In this document: positions 47,876 through 56,946 of the stretch, piece by piece
Layout of the letters: each line of letters starts with the position of its first letter
Position numbering within the stretch: the first letter of the stretch is position 1
Origin: Dehalococcoidia bacterium
GTDB taxonomy: Bacteria; Chloroflexota; Dehalococcoidia; Lucifugimonadales; UBA3495
Length of the DNA: 64,000 bases
Assembly: GCA_034420475.1 (NCBI GenBank)
Contig: DAOULH010000034.1
Span: forward strand, 4,956-68,955
Reading direction: 5' to 3'
Notes under the pieces: generated by a model
The model's database searches: none
What the model was told of the DNA's origin: nothing
What the model saw: the letters and a program-made list of their open reading frames with translations, nothing else
Translations under genes and position numbers: made by a program

Positions 47876-48541
47876 ATGACGACCGCACCGAAACCAACCG
47901 TCGCTGCACCCACTGCGGTGCTCCCCGTGGCCGAGCCGCCCGGAACCATCCGACTGGACCTGTCCGCACTGGGCATCGACCACCGGGCGGCCAATTTCCC
48001 AGCGCGGTTCATCGAGTTCTGCGAGCGGAACAACCTTTACGAAATGGAAGTCAACGCCGCCGGGGAGCTGCTGATACTGCCTATGACTGGATTTCGCGGT
48101 AACCAGGAAGAGAATTTTGTCAATTATTTCGTGACGGACTGGCGGCTCGCCAACGGAGGCGCCTCGTCATCCCAGACCAGTCGCTTTCGTCTTCCCTCGG
48201 GAGAGTTGCGCGGACCGGACGCCGCGTGGATCACGCAGGAACGGTTGGAGGCACTGACGGAAGATGAATGGAATCGTGCAGTGGAAGGTGCGCCCGATTT
48301 CGTGGTCGAAATCCGTTCGAGGACAGACGACCTGCTTCCTCTGCAAAATAAGATGGATCTGTGGTTGACTGGTGGCGTCCGCTTAGGGTGGCTGATCGAT
48401 TCGGCAAATCGTCGCGTATACGTTTACCGTTCAGGCCAGCCAGAACCGGAAGTTCTCGAAGACCCCGAAACTCTGAGCGGCGAGGACGTGATGCCCGGCT
48501 TTTCCTTCCCGGTTCGGCAATACATCTTCGACCTGCCCTGA
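47876..48541 (+). CDS. Uma2 (DUF820) family endonuclease (fourth copy in the window)
   Basis: YEMEVNAAGELLILP...PDAAWI...APDFVVEIRSRTD...K...W...GVRLGWLID...RVYVY. Confidence 0.75.
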   Translation: MTTAPKPTVAAPTAVLPVAEPPGTIRLDLSALGIDHRAANFPARFIEFCERNNLYEMEVNAAGELLILPMTGFRGNQEENFVNYFVTDWRLANGGASSSQTSRFRLPSGELRGPDAAWITQERLEALTEDEWNRAVEGAPDFVVEIRSRTDDLLPLQNKMDLWLTGGVRLGWLIDSANRRVYVYRSGQPEPEVLEDPETLSGEDVMPGFSFPVRQYIFDLP

Positions 48542-48555
48542 TACCGTTGGCTGCG

Positions 48556-49440
48556 ATGCCCGCCCGCGTCCTCAACGGCAACGAAATCGCGGCCGGCCTC
48601 CGTGAAGAGGTTGCGGCCGGCGTGGCCGATCTGGTCGCATCCGGTAGGCCCGCACCGGGCCTGGCCGCGGTCCTCGTGGGCAATGACCCCGCTTCCGGCG
48701 TGTATGTACGGAACAAAGGCCGGGCGTGTGAGGAAGCCGGCATATTCTCCGAGATATTCTACATGCCCGCGGACGTGTCTCAGGCCAACCTCCTGAGCCT
48801 GATCGACCAGTTGAACCAGGACACCAGGTTCCACGGCATCCTGGTCCAACTCCCCCTGCCGGACGGCCTGGATGAGCCCACCGTCATCGAGCGCGTCGAC
48901 CCCGGCAAGGATGTTGACGGCCTCCATCCCCTCAGCCAGGGCCGAATGCTCCAGGGCGAGCCCGCCTACCTTCCCTGCACACCGTCGGGCGTCCAACAGG
49001 TCCTGCTGCGTTCCGGCTACGACCCTGCCGGGCAGCACGTGGTGATCGTTGGTCGCAGCAACATTGTGGGCAAGCCCCTGGCGGCCCTGCTGATGCAGCG
49101 CTCCCCCGGCGGCAACGCCACCGTCACCGTCTGCCATACGCGCACTCGCAACCTGCCTGACGTGACCCGTCAGGCCGACATCCTCGTCGCCGCCATGGGA
49201 GTTCCCGGAGCCATCGGCGCCGACATGGTGCGCGACGGCGCCGTCGTCATCGACGTGGGCATCAACCGGGTGGACGACGCCAACCGCCGCCGCGGTTACC
49301 GCCTAGTGGGCGACGTTGATTATGAGGCCGTCGCCGCCAAAGCTGAGGCCATCACTCCCGTTCCCGGCGGCATCGGCCCCATGACCATCGCCGTGCTGCT
49401 CAGCAACACGTTGCAGGCCGCCCGCAGCAGCCCGGATTGA
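48556..49440 (+). CDS. folD: bifunctional methylenetetrahydrofolate dehydrogenase/cyclohydrolase
   Basis: LAAVLVGNDPASGVYVRNK, GILVQLPLP, VVIVGRSNIVGKPLA, PVPGGIGPMTIAVLL. Internal ATG 48556 chosen as start. Confidence 0.9.
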   Translation: MPARVLNGNEIAAGLREEVAAGVADLVASGRPAPGLAAVLVGNDPASGVYVRNKGRACEEAGIFSEIFYMPADVSQANLLSLIDQLNQDTRFHGILVQLPLPDGLDEPTVIERVDPGKDVDGLHPLSQGRMLQGEPAYLPCTPSGVQQVLLRSGYDPAGQHVVIVGRSNIVGKPLAALLMQRSPGGNATVTVCHTRTRNLPDVTRQADILVAAMGVPGAIGADMVRDGAVVIDVGINRVDDANRRRGYRLVGDVDYEAVAAKAEAITPVPGGIGPMTIAVLLSNTLQAARSSPD

Positions 49441-49442
49441 CT

Positions 49443-50498
49443 ATGGAACCAGGGCGAACCGGTGACTTCGACTACGTCCTGCCCGAGGAGCGCATCGCGC
49501 AGACTCCGGCCGAACCTCGCGATTCGTCCCGGCTGCTGGTGCTGGACCGCTCCCGACCTGACGGTTCTCTGGATCACCGCAGTTTCCGTGATCTGACCGA
49601 ATACCTGCGTCCCGGCGACCTCATGGTCTTCAACCGCAGCCGGGTGATACCGGCCCGGCTCTACGGCACGGAGGCACGATCCGGCGCCCGCGTCGAGGTG
49701 CTGTTGGTCCGCCGCCAGGAACCCGGCGTCTGGCAGGCCCTGGGACGCCCCGGCCGTCGGCTCCGGGTGGGCGCCCAGGTCACGGTCGAAGCCCGCGACG
49801 GAACCGATTCGGCTCAGGTAGAAATCCTCGAGGTCCTGGAGAACGGCCTGCGCCAGGTGCGGGTCAGCGACGATTCCGCCCTGGACGGCCTGGGCGAACT
49901 GCCGCTGCCTCCCTACATCAAGGAGACGCCCGACGACCCGAACCGCTACCAGACCGTCTATGCGGACACTCCCGGCAGCGTGGCCGCCCCCACGGCAGGA
50001 CTGCACTTCACCGAGCCGCTCCTCAACTCGATCCGCTCTCACGGAGTAACCACCGCATGGGTGACCCTCCACGTCGGCCTCGATACCTTCCGACCCGTCC
50101 ACGGCGAAAACATCGCCGAGCACAAGATCCACACCGAATGGTTCGAACTGCCCCAAGAGACGGCGGCGGCGATCAACGAGACCCGGCGGCGCGGCGGCCG
50201 GATCATCGCCGTCGGCACTACCACCGTCCGCACCCTGGAGCACGTTGCGCAGGTCTGCCATTCCGAAGGAACGACGGAGATCGCTGCCTCCGTAGGCGAT
50301 GCCGACCTGTTCATCCTGCCCGGACACCCGTTCCGGTTGGTGGACGCCATGGTCACCAACTTCCACCTGCCCCGGTCCACCCTGCTGATGCTGGTGTCCG
50401 CCTTTGCGGGCCGGGAGCGCATCCTGGCCGCGTATGAAGAAGCAGTCCGCCGCAAGTACCGCTTCTACTCATTCGGCGATGCCATGCTGCTACTATAG
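49443..50498 (+). CDS. queA: S-adenosylmethionine:tRNA ribosyltransferase-isomerase
   Basis: FDYVLPEERIAQTPAEPRDSSRLLVL, AAPTAGLHFT, VGTTTVRTLE, MVTNFHLPRSTLLMLVSAF. Confidence 0.9.
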   Translation: MEPGRTGDFDYVLPEERIAQTPAEPRDSSRLLVLDRSRPDGSLDHRSFRDLTEYLRPGDLMVFNRSRVIPARLYGTEARSGARVEVLLVRRQEPGVWQALGRPGRRLRVGAQVTVEARDGTDSAQVEILEVLENGLRQVRVSDDSALDGLGELPLPPYIKETPDDPNRYQTVYADTPGSVAAPTAGLHFTEPLLNSIRSHGVTTAWVTLHVGLDTFRPVHGENIAEHKIHTEWFELPQETAAAINETRRRGGRIIAVGTTTVRTLEHVAQVCHSEGTTEIAASVGDADLFILPGHPFRLVDAMVTNFHLPRSTLLMLVSAFAGRERILAAYEEAVRRKYRFYSFGDAMLLL

Positions 50499-50650
50499 CG
50501 TCGGGGCATAACTTGTCCGTCAAAATTCGGCATCCTGGGTTCATGCCCCCGGTTGCCGGGGCAATAACCTACTTGTCAATTTCAATGAGCATCATCAATG
50601 CAGGTCGAGATGCAGCAATTAATGCGGCCCTGCCCCATCCCAAGTTACCG

Positions 50651-51028
50651 CTAGCAGTTGCTGTCACCGCCACCCCGCATCAGAAGACCAACTTCAGGAA
50701 TGAGTTGCTTGTTTATCGGATCAACAACAAGCAACAGAACCTCCAGTGTCGTCGCTCCCAATAAGTAAAGGTTCTCCGGGCCAAATACAACCATAGCTTC
50801 ACCGTCGATACCGTCAACTTCAACGAAGGCCATTCCCGTCTGGCGTTCCTCAATTTGGCCGTTGGCGAACCGCAGACGTCGCGTCCTGGTAGCTTCAATG
50901 CCCAACCGATGCAACAGACTGGCCGGCATCACCGAAAAGGTGGCTCCGGTATCCACAAGCGCTTCAACCGTTTCCCGGGCCGCAGAATCCGGATTGCCCA
51001 CCGTCATTTCAACGCTGAAAGTTCCCAT
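50651..51028 (-). CDS. small retropepsin-like (clan AA) aspartyl protease
   Basis: 125 aa with ALVDTGATFSVMP and LLGATTLE. Paralog of the frameshifted gene at 52799-53151. Confidence 0.7.
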   Translation of the reverse strand: MGTFSVEMTVGNPDSAARETVEALVDTGATFSVMPASLLHRLGIEATRTRRLRFANGQIEERQTGMAFVEVDGIDGEAMVVFGPENLYLLGATTLEVLLLVVDPINKQLIPEVGLLMRGGGDSNC

Positions 51029-51077
51029 GCCGATTTCCTCACGAGGTGATGATTGAGAGCGGTCAGTGTACCAGTCG

Positions 51078-52091
51078 CTACGCCATCAGCTCTGCTAGAT
51101 GAGGCTCGAACACTCGCTTGAACGCAACCAATTGTGCTTCCACCCATTCCTGCAATTCCCGTAACCGCTCCGGGTTGTCCTCGTCCAAGCTTCCCTCGCG
51201 CACTGTCAGAATGCGAGATGCTAGCCGGTTGTCTTGGCGCAACCATTCCAGCGGCCCCGCAAGTTCGCTTTCAATCAGTTCTTTTTGCTCAGCCAATTTG
51301 TCGAAGATGGCTTCGTTCTGCGTTTTGTCGTCAGAGTTGATGTAAAGTTGAACCCAGACTTTCCCAGGAAATAGGTTTAGGGATTCATCGCTGGCGCCAT
51401 AATATATGCGGTCTCGCCAAGGAGAGTCCGGGCGGAACCTTTGCCATCTCCAACGAGGATGGTTCCCGCCAGGTGTGAGTCCACTCTCTTCTAACAATCT
51501 GCTGTCCAGTTCATCGAAAAACTGTCTGCGCCGTGCCGTCGATTCGGCACTGGTTCTAGCTCGCCTGTCGCGCTGTGCACTGGCCATCCTTTTCTGCCAA
51601 TCATTAGGCATTGCCACTAATCGAAAATGAGGCGCAGGCCGTGAGTTATCAATCTTCCAAGCCTCAACCACCACACCGAAAAACGCTGTGTCTTCTCCCG
51701 TCCGCTGGTTTAACCAGTCCAACGCCTGGCGGTGCTCGTCCTGAAATTCTCGCGTCAGCCACACCACCGCGTAAGGATCGTAGCCTGCGGCGTAAGTCAG
51801 CAACTGACCCAAATGCGTGTGATTGGTGGCCTCTAGTTGGTTTTCAATAATCACTGGTCGGTCGCTGCCCCGGTCGTGGGCCAGTACGTCCAAGGAAAAC
51901 GGCCCAACAGGAGCCTCACGCTCCCGGAACTCCAAATCCAACCCTAACGCCTCTCCCAACTTGTCCAGGTTCTCCGCCAGCCACCTCGAAAAGTTATGCT
52001 CTTCGTGCGGCCAAACCGTGCGCAGGCTAACCCGCTCAATCACTCCCAAATCCACCATCGTCATGCTCCATGTCATGCTGCCGACCGTCAC
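51078..52091 (-). CDS. PD-(D/E)XK-like nuclease domain fused to a DUF4268 domain
   Basis: N-terminal FSLDVLAHD...VIIENQL...HLGQLLTYAAG (restriction-endonuclease-like core). The C-terminal half resembles DUF4268. The ATG overlaps the upstream protease stop (ATGA). Confidence 0.6.
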   Translation of the reverse strand: MTVGSMTWSMTMVDLGVIERVSLRTVWPHEEHNFSRWLAENLDKLGEALGLDLEFREREAPVGPFSLDVLAHDRGSDRPVIIENQLEATNHTHLGQLLTYAAGYDPYAVVWLTREFQDEHRQALDWLNQRTGEDTAFFGVVVEAWKIDNSRPAPHFRLVAMPNDWQKRMASAQRDRRARTSAESTARRRQFFDELDSRLLEESGLTPGGNHPRWRWQRFRPDSPWRDRIYYGASDESLNLFPGKVWVQLYINSDDKTQNEAIFDKLAEQKELIESELAGPLEWLRQDNRLASRILTVREGSLDEDNPERLRELQEWVEAQLVAFKRVFEPHLAELMA

Positions 52092-52489
52092 TCTACCGAC
52101 GGTATTCGTTCCTCAATGATAACGTCGCCGCCATCCCACCAGTCGATGCTGAGGCGGCTGCCGGCCAGCAGGTCCGTGCCGATCATAGGAGCACTATCCA
52201 TCATTGGCACCCAAACATCCACAGGCTGCCCGTGCCACAGCAGCCGCGTAGTGTATGCCGCGGTCCGGATAGTTCGCCCATCCGCCAAGGTTACGTCGCG
52301 TCTTACGTAACTCTCCAATCCCAGTGACCGGATGATTGGTTCCGGCAACGCAAGGGCACCCGTGAACCCAGTATCGACGACGACTTCCAACGCCTGAAAC
52401 GTCCAATTGGCACCGGCAATGCTAATGGAAATACGCGCTTCCAAAGCCCGGTCATCGTCTTGTCCTGGCGATACTCGCCCTCTAATCAT
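52088..52489 (-). CDS. clan AA aspartic protease (AF_0612/TIGR03698-like)
   Basis: 133 aa. VVVDTGFTGALALP, DGRTI, MIGTDLLAGSRLSID. Start ATG 52489 overlaps the upstream small gene by 8 nt. Confidence 0.65.
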   Translation of the reverse strand: MIRGRVSPGQDDDRALEARISISIAGANWTFQALEVVVDTGFTGALALPEPIIRSLGLESYVRRDVTLADGRTIRTAAYTTRLLWHGQPVDVWVPMMDSAPMIGTDLLAGSRLSIDWWDGGDVIIEERIPSVE

Positions 52490-52787
52490 TAGCACGCCCT
52501 TTTTGAGAAGCGATGTGAGCCATAGTACCCCGATAGCCAAACTTTGCGAAACTGTACTGCTCTTTGCCCACCAGTTCGGCCCAAGTGTGGGCGCCAGGGT
52601 GCCGTTCCCACAGACGCTTGGTGATTTCCATGTCGCTGCGCGGCCCCGTGTACTTGCCAACCTCGTAGTCCCCGCTATGCACGTCGATGACAACCAACTC
52701 GCCCCAGTGGTTGGCCTCCATATCCTCGCGGATGCCTTCGTAGATTTTGCGCCCGACGGCCGCGACTTGTTCACCTGTGAGTTCCAT
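52482..52787 (-). CDS. small protein partner of the clan AA protease (antitoxin-like, unknown family)
   Basis: ~101 aa MELTGEQVAAVGRKIYEGIREDMEANHWGELVVIDVHSGDYEVG.... Tightly coupled to the protease gene. Confidence 0.5.
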   Translation of the reverse strand: MELTGEQVAAVGRKIYEGIREDMEANHWGELVVIDVHSGDYEVGKYTGPRSDMEITKRLWERHPGAHTWAELVGKEQYSFAKFGYRGTMAHIASQKGRAND

Positions 52788-52798
52788 GTCATTCCTCC

Positions 52799-53151
52799 TC
52801 ACATCAACAGGTCTTCCTGCTCAATCAGCCGTTGGTCCATCGGGTCAACCACTAGCGCCAGATCCTCCAGCGTCGTCGCCCCCATCAGGTACTGACCTTC
52901 CGGACCAAATGCCACTTGCGCCACTGCATTGCGTCCCTGCACGGAAACGGAGCCCAGGCCGTTTGCAGTTCGACGCGCCGTCCATCCGCCACCTGCGCGA
53001 ACCTGGTTTCCACTGGCTCGATCCCCAATTCGTGCAACAAGCTCGCCGGCAGCATCGTGTTGGTCGCTCCCGTGTCCACCAAGGCCGAAACGGTGGCGCC
53101 CGCTTCCGCGAACAGGCTGCCTACCCATAGATCGACGCTGAAAGTTCCCAT
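52799..53151 (-). pseudogene. retropepsin-like aspartyl protease with a 1-nt frameshift near 52958-52966
   Basis: N-terminal MGTFSVDLWVG...ALVDTGATNTMLP...RRVELQTA is in the 52885 ORF frame. The C-terminal NGLGSVSVQGRNAVAQVAFGPEGQYLMGATTLEDLALVVDP... is in the 52799 ORF frame. The join falls at the caaac/gtttg run. Confidence 0.6.
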
Positions 53152-53175
53152 GTCGTGCGTCTCCGCATCCACTGG

Positions 53176-54279
53176 TCAATAAACCTTGTACTCCTCCAGC
53201 ACCGCCGCATCCAGGTGCAGGCCCATACCGGGCTCCGTGGGCGCGATGATTTCGCCGTTGTCCCATTCCGGCAGCACGCTGTTCAGCTGGTAGTACACCG
53301 GGTCGCGCTCCTCCTCGAACACCTCGACGAACAAGCCATGGGCGTGGGCCGGCAGCAGTTGCACCGCCAGCTGCGGCTCCTCGTGGTGCGCCATCCGGAC
53401 GCCTCGCATCTGCGCCGCGCCGGCCACCCGCTTCCATTCCGAAATCCCGCCGCAGATCGCCGCGTCGATGTTCAGGATGTCCACCGCCTCGGCGTCCATG
53501 AGTCGCTGCCCGCCCCACGAACTGCTCTCGCCCTGGCCGGCGGCCACCGGTATTCCAGTGCGCAGCCGAACCTGCCGCATGTCGTTGTCCGCGTTCTGCC
53601 ACCGGCAGGGCTCTTCCAGCCACGCCAGCCCCATCTCCTTCGCCGGGCCGGCGAACTCCAGCGCCTCCTCCAGCGTCCACGCCTGGTTCGAATCACACAC
53701 GATGATGAAATCATCGCCCAGCGTGTCCCGTATCGCCCGAACTCGGAGCAGGTCGTCCGCGACTGCGACGCCGCCCGTCTTCAGCTTCACGCCGCCGATG
53801 CCGCGCTCTCGCTGGTGCAACAGGTCCTCCACCATGTACGCGGTGTCCCGCCCCTGCACGTAGTACGCGAACCGCACTACCGGCGACCGCTCCGCATAGC
53901 CTCCCAGCAGCGTCCGCACGGGCACCCCCAGCGCCTTGCCGGCGATGTCCCACAGCGCCACGTCGATGGCGGCGACGGCCCGCATGGCGATGGCCTTGTT
54001 GCCGATGTGCGGGGTCAGCGCGAACATCTTCTGCCAGCAACGCTCGATGGCCATGGGGTCCTCGCCCTTCACGGCCTCCGCCATCGGCCCCACCACCAGG
54101 TCCTTGAGCAGTTCATACCCGGTCCGCTCGTCTCCCGAGTAGATCTCGCTCACCAACCCTTCGTCGGTGTGGACCCGAACCACGATGGTGCACCGCGATT
54201 CGATCTGGTACACGCTGCCGCTGAACCGCGTGCTCAATGGGATCCTAACGATGTCCGCTTCTACGTTGGTGATACGCAT
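53176..54279 (-). CDS. enolase-superfamily enzyme (mandelate racemase/muconate lactonizing enzyme family)
   Basis: MRITNVEADIVRIPL..., AIDVALWDIAGK, KLKTGG, IVCDSNQAW, LAWLEEP. Confidence 0.85.
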   Translation of the reverse strand: MRITNVEADIVRIPLSTRFSGSVYQIESRCTIVVRVHTDEGLVSEIYSGDERTGYELLKDLVVGPMAEAVKGEDPMAIERCWQKMFALTPHIGNKAIAMRAVAAIDVALWDIAGKALGVPVRTLLGGYAERSPVVRFAYYVQGRDTAYMVEDLLHQRERGIGGVKLKTGGVAVADDLLRVRAIRDTLGDDFIIVCDSNQAWTLEEALEFAGPAKEMGLAWLEEPCRWQNADNDMRQVRLRTGIPVAAGQGESSSWGGQRLMDAEAVDILNIDAAICGGISEWKRVAGAAQMRGVRMAHHEEPQLAVQLLPAHAHGLFVEVFEEERDPVYYQLNSVLPEWDNGEIIAPTEPGMGLHLDAAVLEEYKVY

Positions 54280-54365
54280 GAACGCGCCGCCTCCAATCAA
54301 TTCAATCCAAAACTGCGATCAATTATACGCGCCGCCACGCGGGGACCTGGTGAACTGCTCGTTCC

Positions 54366-54394
54366 TTGACCCGTATCGCGGCCCGCCCTACAAT
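54366..54394 (+). promoter_or_regulatory. near-consensus promoter upstream of the mqnA-like gene
   Basis: TTGACC (54366-54371), 17-nt spacer, TACAAT (54389-54394). Confidence 0.55.
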
Positions 54395-54476
54395 CCTGCT
54401 GGCCGCCTGCCGGGCGCTGGTTCAAATTCCACGCCGGTTGCCGCGGATCAACCCAAGAAACGTTGGTGCCTGAAAG

Positions 54477-55247
54477 ATGCCCGTTAGAGTCGGCCGTGTG
54501 CCGTATCTGGAAGCCGAACCCTTCTACTTCGACATGGCGCGTCGCGGATACGAACTGCGCGATACCACCCCGCGTCAGTTGGGCGACGCCCTGGCCAGCG
54601 GTGAGCTTGACGCCGGCCCGGCCCACCTCACCGACGTATTTCGCCTCGAAGATCAATTCGAACCCGTGGGCGGCTTTTGCTTCTCCACCCTGAGCCGCGC
54701 GGTCAGCGTGTGCCTCTACTCCCAGCACCCGATGGAGGAGCTGGGCGGGGTCACTATCGGCGTGTCTGACGAGGACGTCACCGCAGCCAAGCTGCTCGAG
54801 GTGCTGCTCCGCCGGAAGTACAACCTGGAGCCGGGCGAGTTTGTCGCCAGACCCGGCGACGTTATTCGCCCCGACGAGACCTTCGACGCCTTCGTGCTCA
54901 TCGGCAACCGCGCCCTGCGGCGACGCCGGGGCGTTCGCGGCTTCGCTCACCGCTTCGACCTGGGTTCCGAATGGACCCAGTGGACCAACCTGCCCTTCGT
55001 TTTCAGCCAATGGGTGATGCGCAAGGACCTGGAGGACCGGGAGAAGGCCATCCTCGAAGACACCCTGTATGTCGGTCTGGAAGAAGGCGTAGATGGCCTG
55101 TACCACCTCAACGAGCCGCGCGACGAACTGCTCATGCTGCCCCGCGATGTCGTCGAATACGTCCAGGGCATCCGCTATTACGTGGGCCGGTCCGAGCAGC
55201 AGGCCATCTCCCGATTCCGCGAACTCCTCGAGGGTTTGCCAAGCTAG
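54477..55247 (+). CDS. MqnA/MqnD-family protein (futalosine-pathway menaquinone biosynthesis, chorismate dehydratase-like)
   Basis: MPVRVGRVPYLEAEPFYFDM..., LASGELDAGP, NLPFVFSQWVMRKD. Confidence 0.6.
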   Translation: MPVRVGRVPYLEAEPFYFDMARRGYELRDTTPRQLGDALASGELDAGPAHLTDVFRLEDQFEPVGGFCFSTLSRAVSVCLYSQHPMEELGGVTIGVSDEDVTAAKLLEVLLRRKYNLEPGEFVARPGDVIRPDETFDAFVLIGNRALRRRRGVRGFAHRFDLGSEWTQWTNLPFVFSQWVMRKDLEDREKAILEDTLYVGLEEGVDGLYHLNEPRDELLMLPRDVVEYVQGIRYYVGRSEQQAISRFRELLEGLPS

Positions 55248-55293
55248 CCGGCGGCCCTGCGCAAAGTCGGGACACCCGTTTCCCATCCGCCTG

Positions 55294-56163
55294 ATGGCAA
55301 AGGTCGTCGACCGCACCCACGCACAGACCGGACGCCCGGCGTTCATCTGCGATTACTCGCCGCCTCGCTCCGGACGGCCCGAGGATGTTCCCGCCCCGCC
55401 CCATTCGGCCGATTTCGTCTCGGCCGCTTACAACCCGGGTCGTGCGGTACGGATGAGTTCCGTGGCCGCCGCCGCCGTTCTCCGCGACCGATACGACGCC
55501 GACGCGATCTTCACCCTGGCCACGCGGGACATGAACCGCCTGGCATTGGAGTCCCTGCTTCTCGGAGCGCAGGCCCTGGGACTGGAAAACGTAATCGTCG
55601 TCGCCGGAGATGCGTTCGGAGCCAGGGACACTGCGGCCCCGGTGTACGACTACCGCCCCACTGAGCTCATCAGCGCCATCGCAAACCTTAACTCAGGCGC
55701 CGATCACCGCGGCAGCAACCTCCGCTCCCCCACGGATTTCTGTATCGGCGCCACCGTCGACCTGGGCCGGGGGATCGAACCGGAGGCGGCCTTAGCGGTC
55801 CGCAAGGTAGCGGCCGGGGCGCACTTTCTGATCACCCAGCCCGTATTCGACCCGGCGGACATCGCCCGTTTCATCGACGCTTACGCGGCCAGCCGCGGAA
55901 CTGCGCCGCCGGTTCCCGCGTTCTACGGCGTCGGGCTCATGGAACCGGAAGGCGTGTCATTCACCAGCGTTCCACAGTGGATCACCGATGACCTGGCCGC
56001 CGGACGCTCCGGTGTGGATATCGCACTCCAGGTATGGGAACGATTGCGCGGCGCCGGGGCTACCGACTGCTACCTGGTCCCGCCCATCCGGCGCAGCGGC
56101 GCCCGGAATTATGCTGCCGCCAGCCAGTTCCTGGAAGGGGCGGTTGCGCCGGCCGCTGACTGA
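55294..56163 (+). CDS. methylenetetrahydrofolate reductase family protein
   Basis: IFTLATRDMNRLALESLLLGAQALGLENVIVVAGD, GAHFLITQPVFD. Internal ATG 55294. Confidence 0.6.
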   Translation: MAKVVDRTHAQTGRPAFICDYSPPRSGRPEDVPAPPHSADFVSAAYNPGRAVRMSSVAAAAVLRDRYDADAIFTLATRDMNRLALESLLLGAQALGLENVIVVAGDAFGARDTAAPVYDYRPTELISAIANLNSGADHRGSNLRSPTDFCIGATVDLGRGIEPEAALAVRKVAAGAHFLITQPVFDPADIARFIDAYAASRGTAPPVPAFYGVGLMEPEGVSFTSVPQWITDDLAAGRSGVDIALQVWERLRGAGATDCYLVPPIRRSGARNYAAASQFLEGAVAPAAD

Positions 56164-56418
56164 TCAGCTAGGTTCTGCGTCGCCGTTCAATTTGCGGAGG
56201 ATCTCGGGCGGGAGCTGTACGTTATTCTCCTCCAGCAGCGCGACAACTTGCTTCCGGGCTTCCTCACGGCCTTGCTCACGGCCTCGGGCTTCTGCCTTCG
56301 CGTCTTTGGCCGCAGCCCAAAGTTCGACCGTTTCTCTGGCAGCGAAGAACATGGTTATACCCCGTACAACAACGCAGCAGTGGGAAGCGGGAATTACGCC
56401 GCCTGCCTGCAAGTTCAC
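56164..56418 (-). CDS. truncated paralog of the GREE-repeat membrane protein (C-terminal module only)
   Basis: ITMFFAARETVELWAAAKDAKAEARGREQGREEARKQVVALLEENNVQLPPEILRKLNG matches the C-terminal part of the 56455 gene. The real start is probably the internal Met of ITMFF. Confidence 0.4.
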   Translation of the reverse strand: MNLQAGGVIPASHCCVVVRGITMFFAARETVELWAAAKDAKAEARGREQGREEARKQVVALLEENNVQLPPEILRKLNGDAEPS

Positions 56419-56454
56419 GGATGTGGCTTTAGACTAGCCCGCGGCTGATTAGAT

Positions 56455-56922
56455 CTAATCTCCGTTGCCGTTCACTCTGCGGAGGACTTCCGGCGGGAGT
56501 TGCACGTTATGCTCCTCCAACAGCGCGGCAATTTCCCTCCGGCCTTCTTCACGACCCTCCTCTCGGCCCTCTTCACGGCCTTCCTCTCGGCCCTCTTCAC
56601 GACCCTCTTCTCGGCCCTCCTCACGACCTCGGGCTTCTGCCTTGGCGTCTTTAGCCGCAGCCCAACGTTCAACCGTCTCTCTGGCGGCAAAGAACATGGT
56701 GATACCTCCGTACAACAGCGCGGTGGTGGGAAACAGGAGCGCCGTGGCCACTATTATAACGCCGGTATGATGGGCGGCCAGATCGGATAGGAAACCCAGC
56801 ACCGGCCACCCGGCACAAATTGCGCATTGGTTAAGCCCAATCGCGATCCACATACTGGCGCTGACCGATAGCGCCCCATCTACAAAACGCCAATACGACC
56901 GTCGACGTTTTTGGACAGCCAT
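56455..56922 (-). CDS. membrane protein with C-terminal (GREE)n repeat and LPPEVL tail
   Basis: Three hydrophobic segments, then AKAEARGREEGREEGREEGREEGREEGREEGREEGRREIAALLEEHNVQLPPEVLRRVNG. Confidence 0.6.
   Translation of the reverse strand: MAVQKRRRSYWRFVDGALSVSASMWIAIGLNQCAICAGWPVLGFLSDLAAHHTGVIIVATALLFPTTALLYGGITMFFAARETVERWAAAKDAKAEARGREEGREEGREEGREEGREEGREEGREEGRREIAALLEEHNVQLPPEVLRRVNGNGD
56533..56628 (-). repeat. 8 x 12-bp in-frame tandem repeat encoding GREE (last unit GRRE)
   Basis: Plus-strand units ttcttcacgacc / ctcctctcggcc / ctcttcacggcc and so on, with synonymous variation between units. Confidence 0.85.
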
Positions 56923-56946
56923 ACTGACCGGTTCAACCGCCCTCTG

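Noticed and set aside
54405-54440. GGTTCAAATTCC resembling a tRNA T-loop (also at ~15139)
   Set aside because: No 5-bp T-stem, acceptor stem or anticodon arm can be drawn around it. It lies in the 5' UTR of the mqnA-like gene (the other copy lies inside greA).
56533-56628. 12-bp tandem repeat considered as a CRISPR-like or regulatory microsatellite
   Set aside because: The units are contiguous, in frame and encode GREE inside a protein. There are no spacers.
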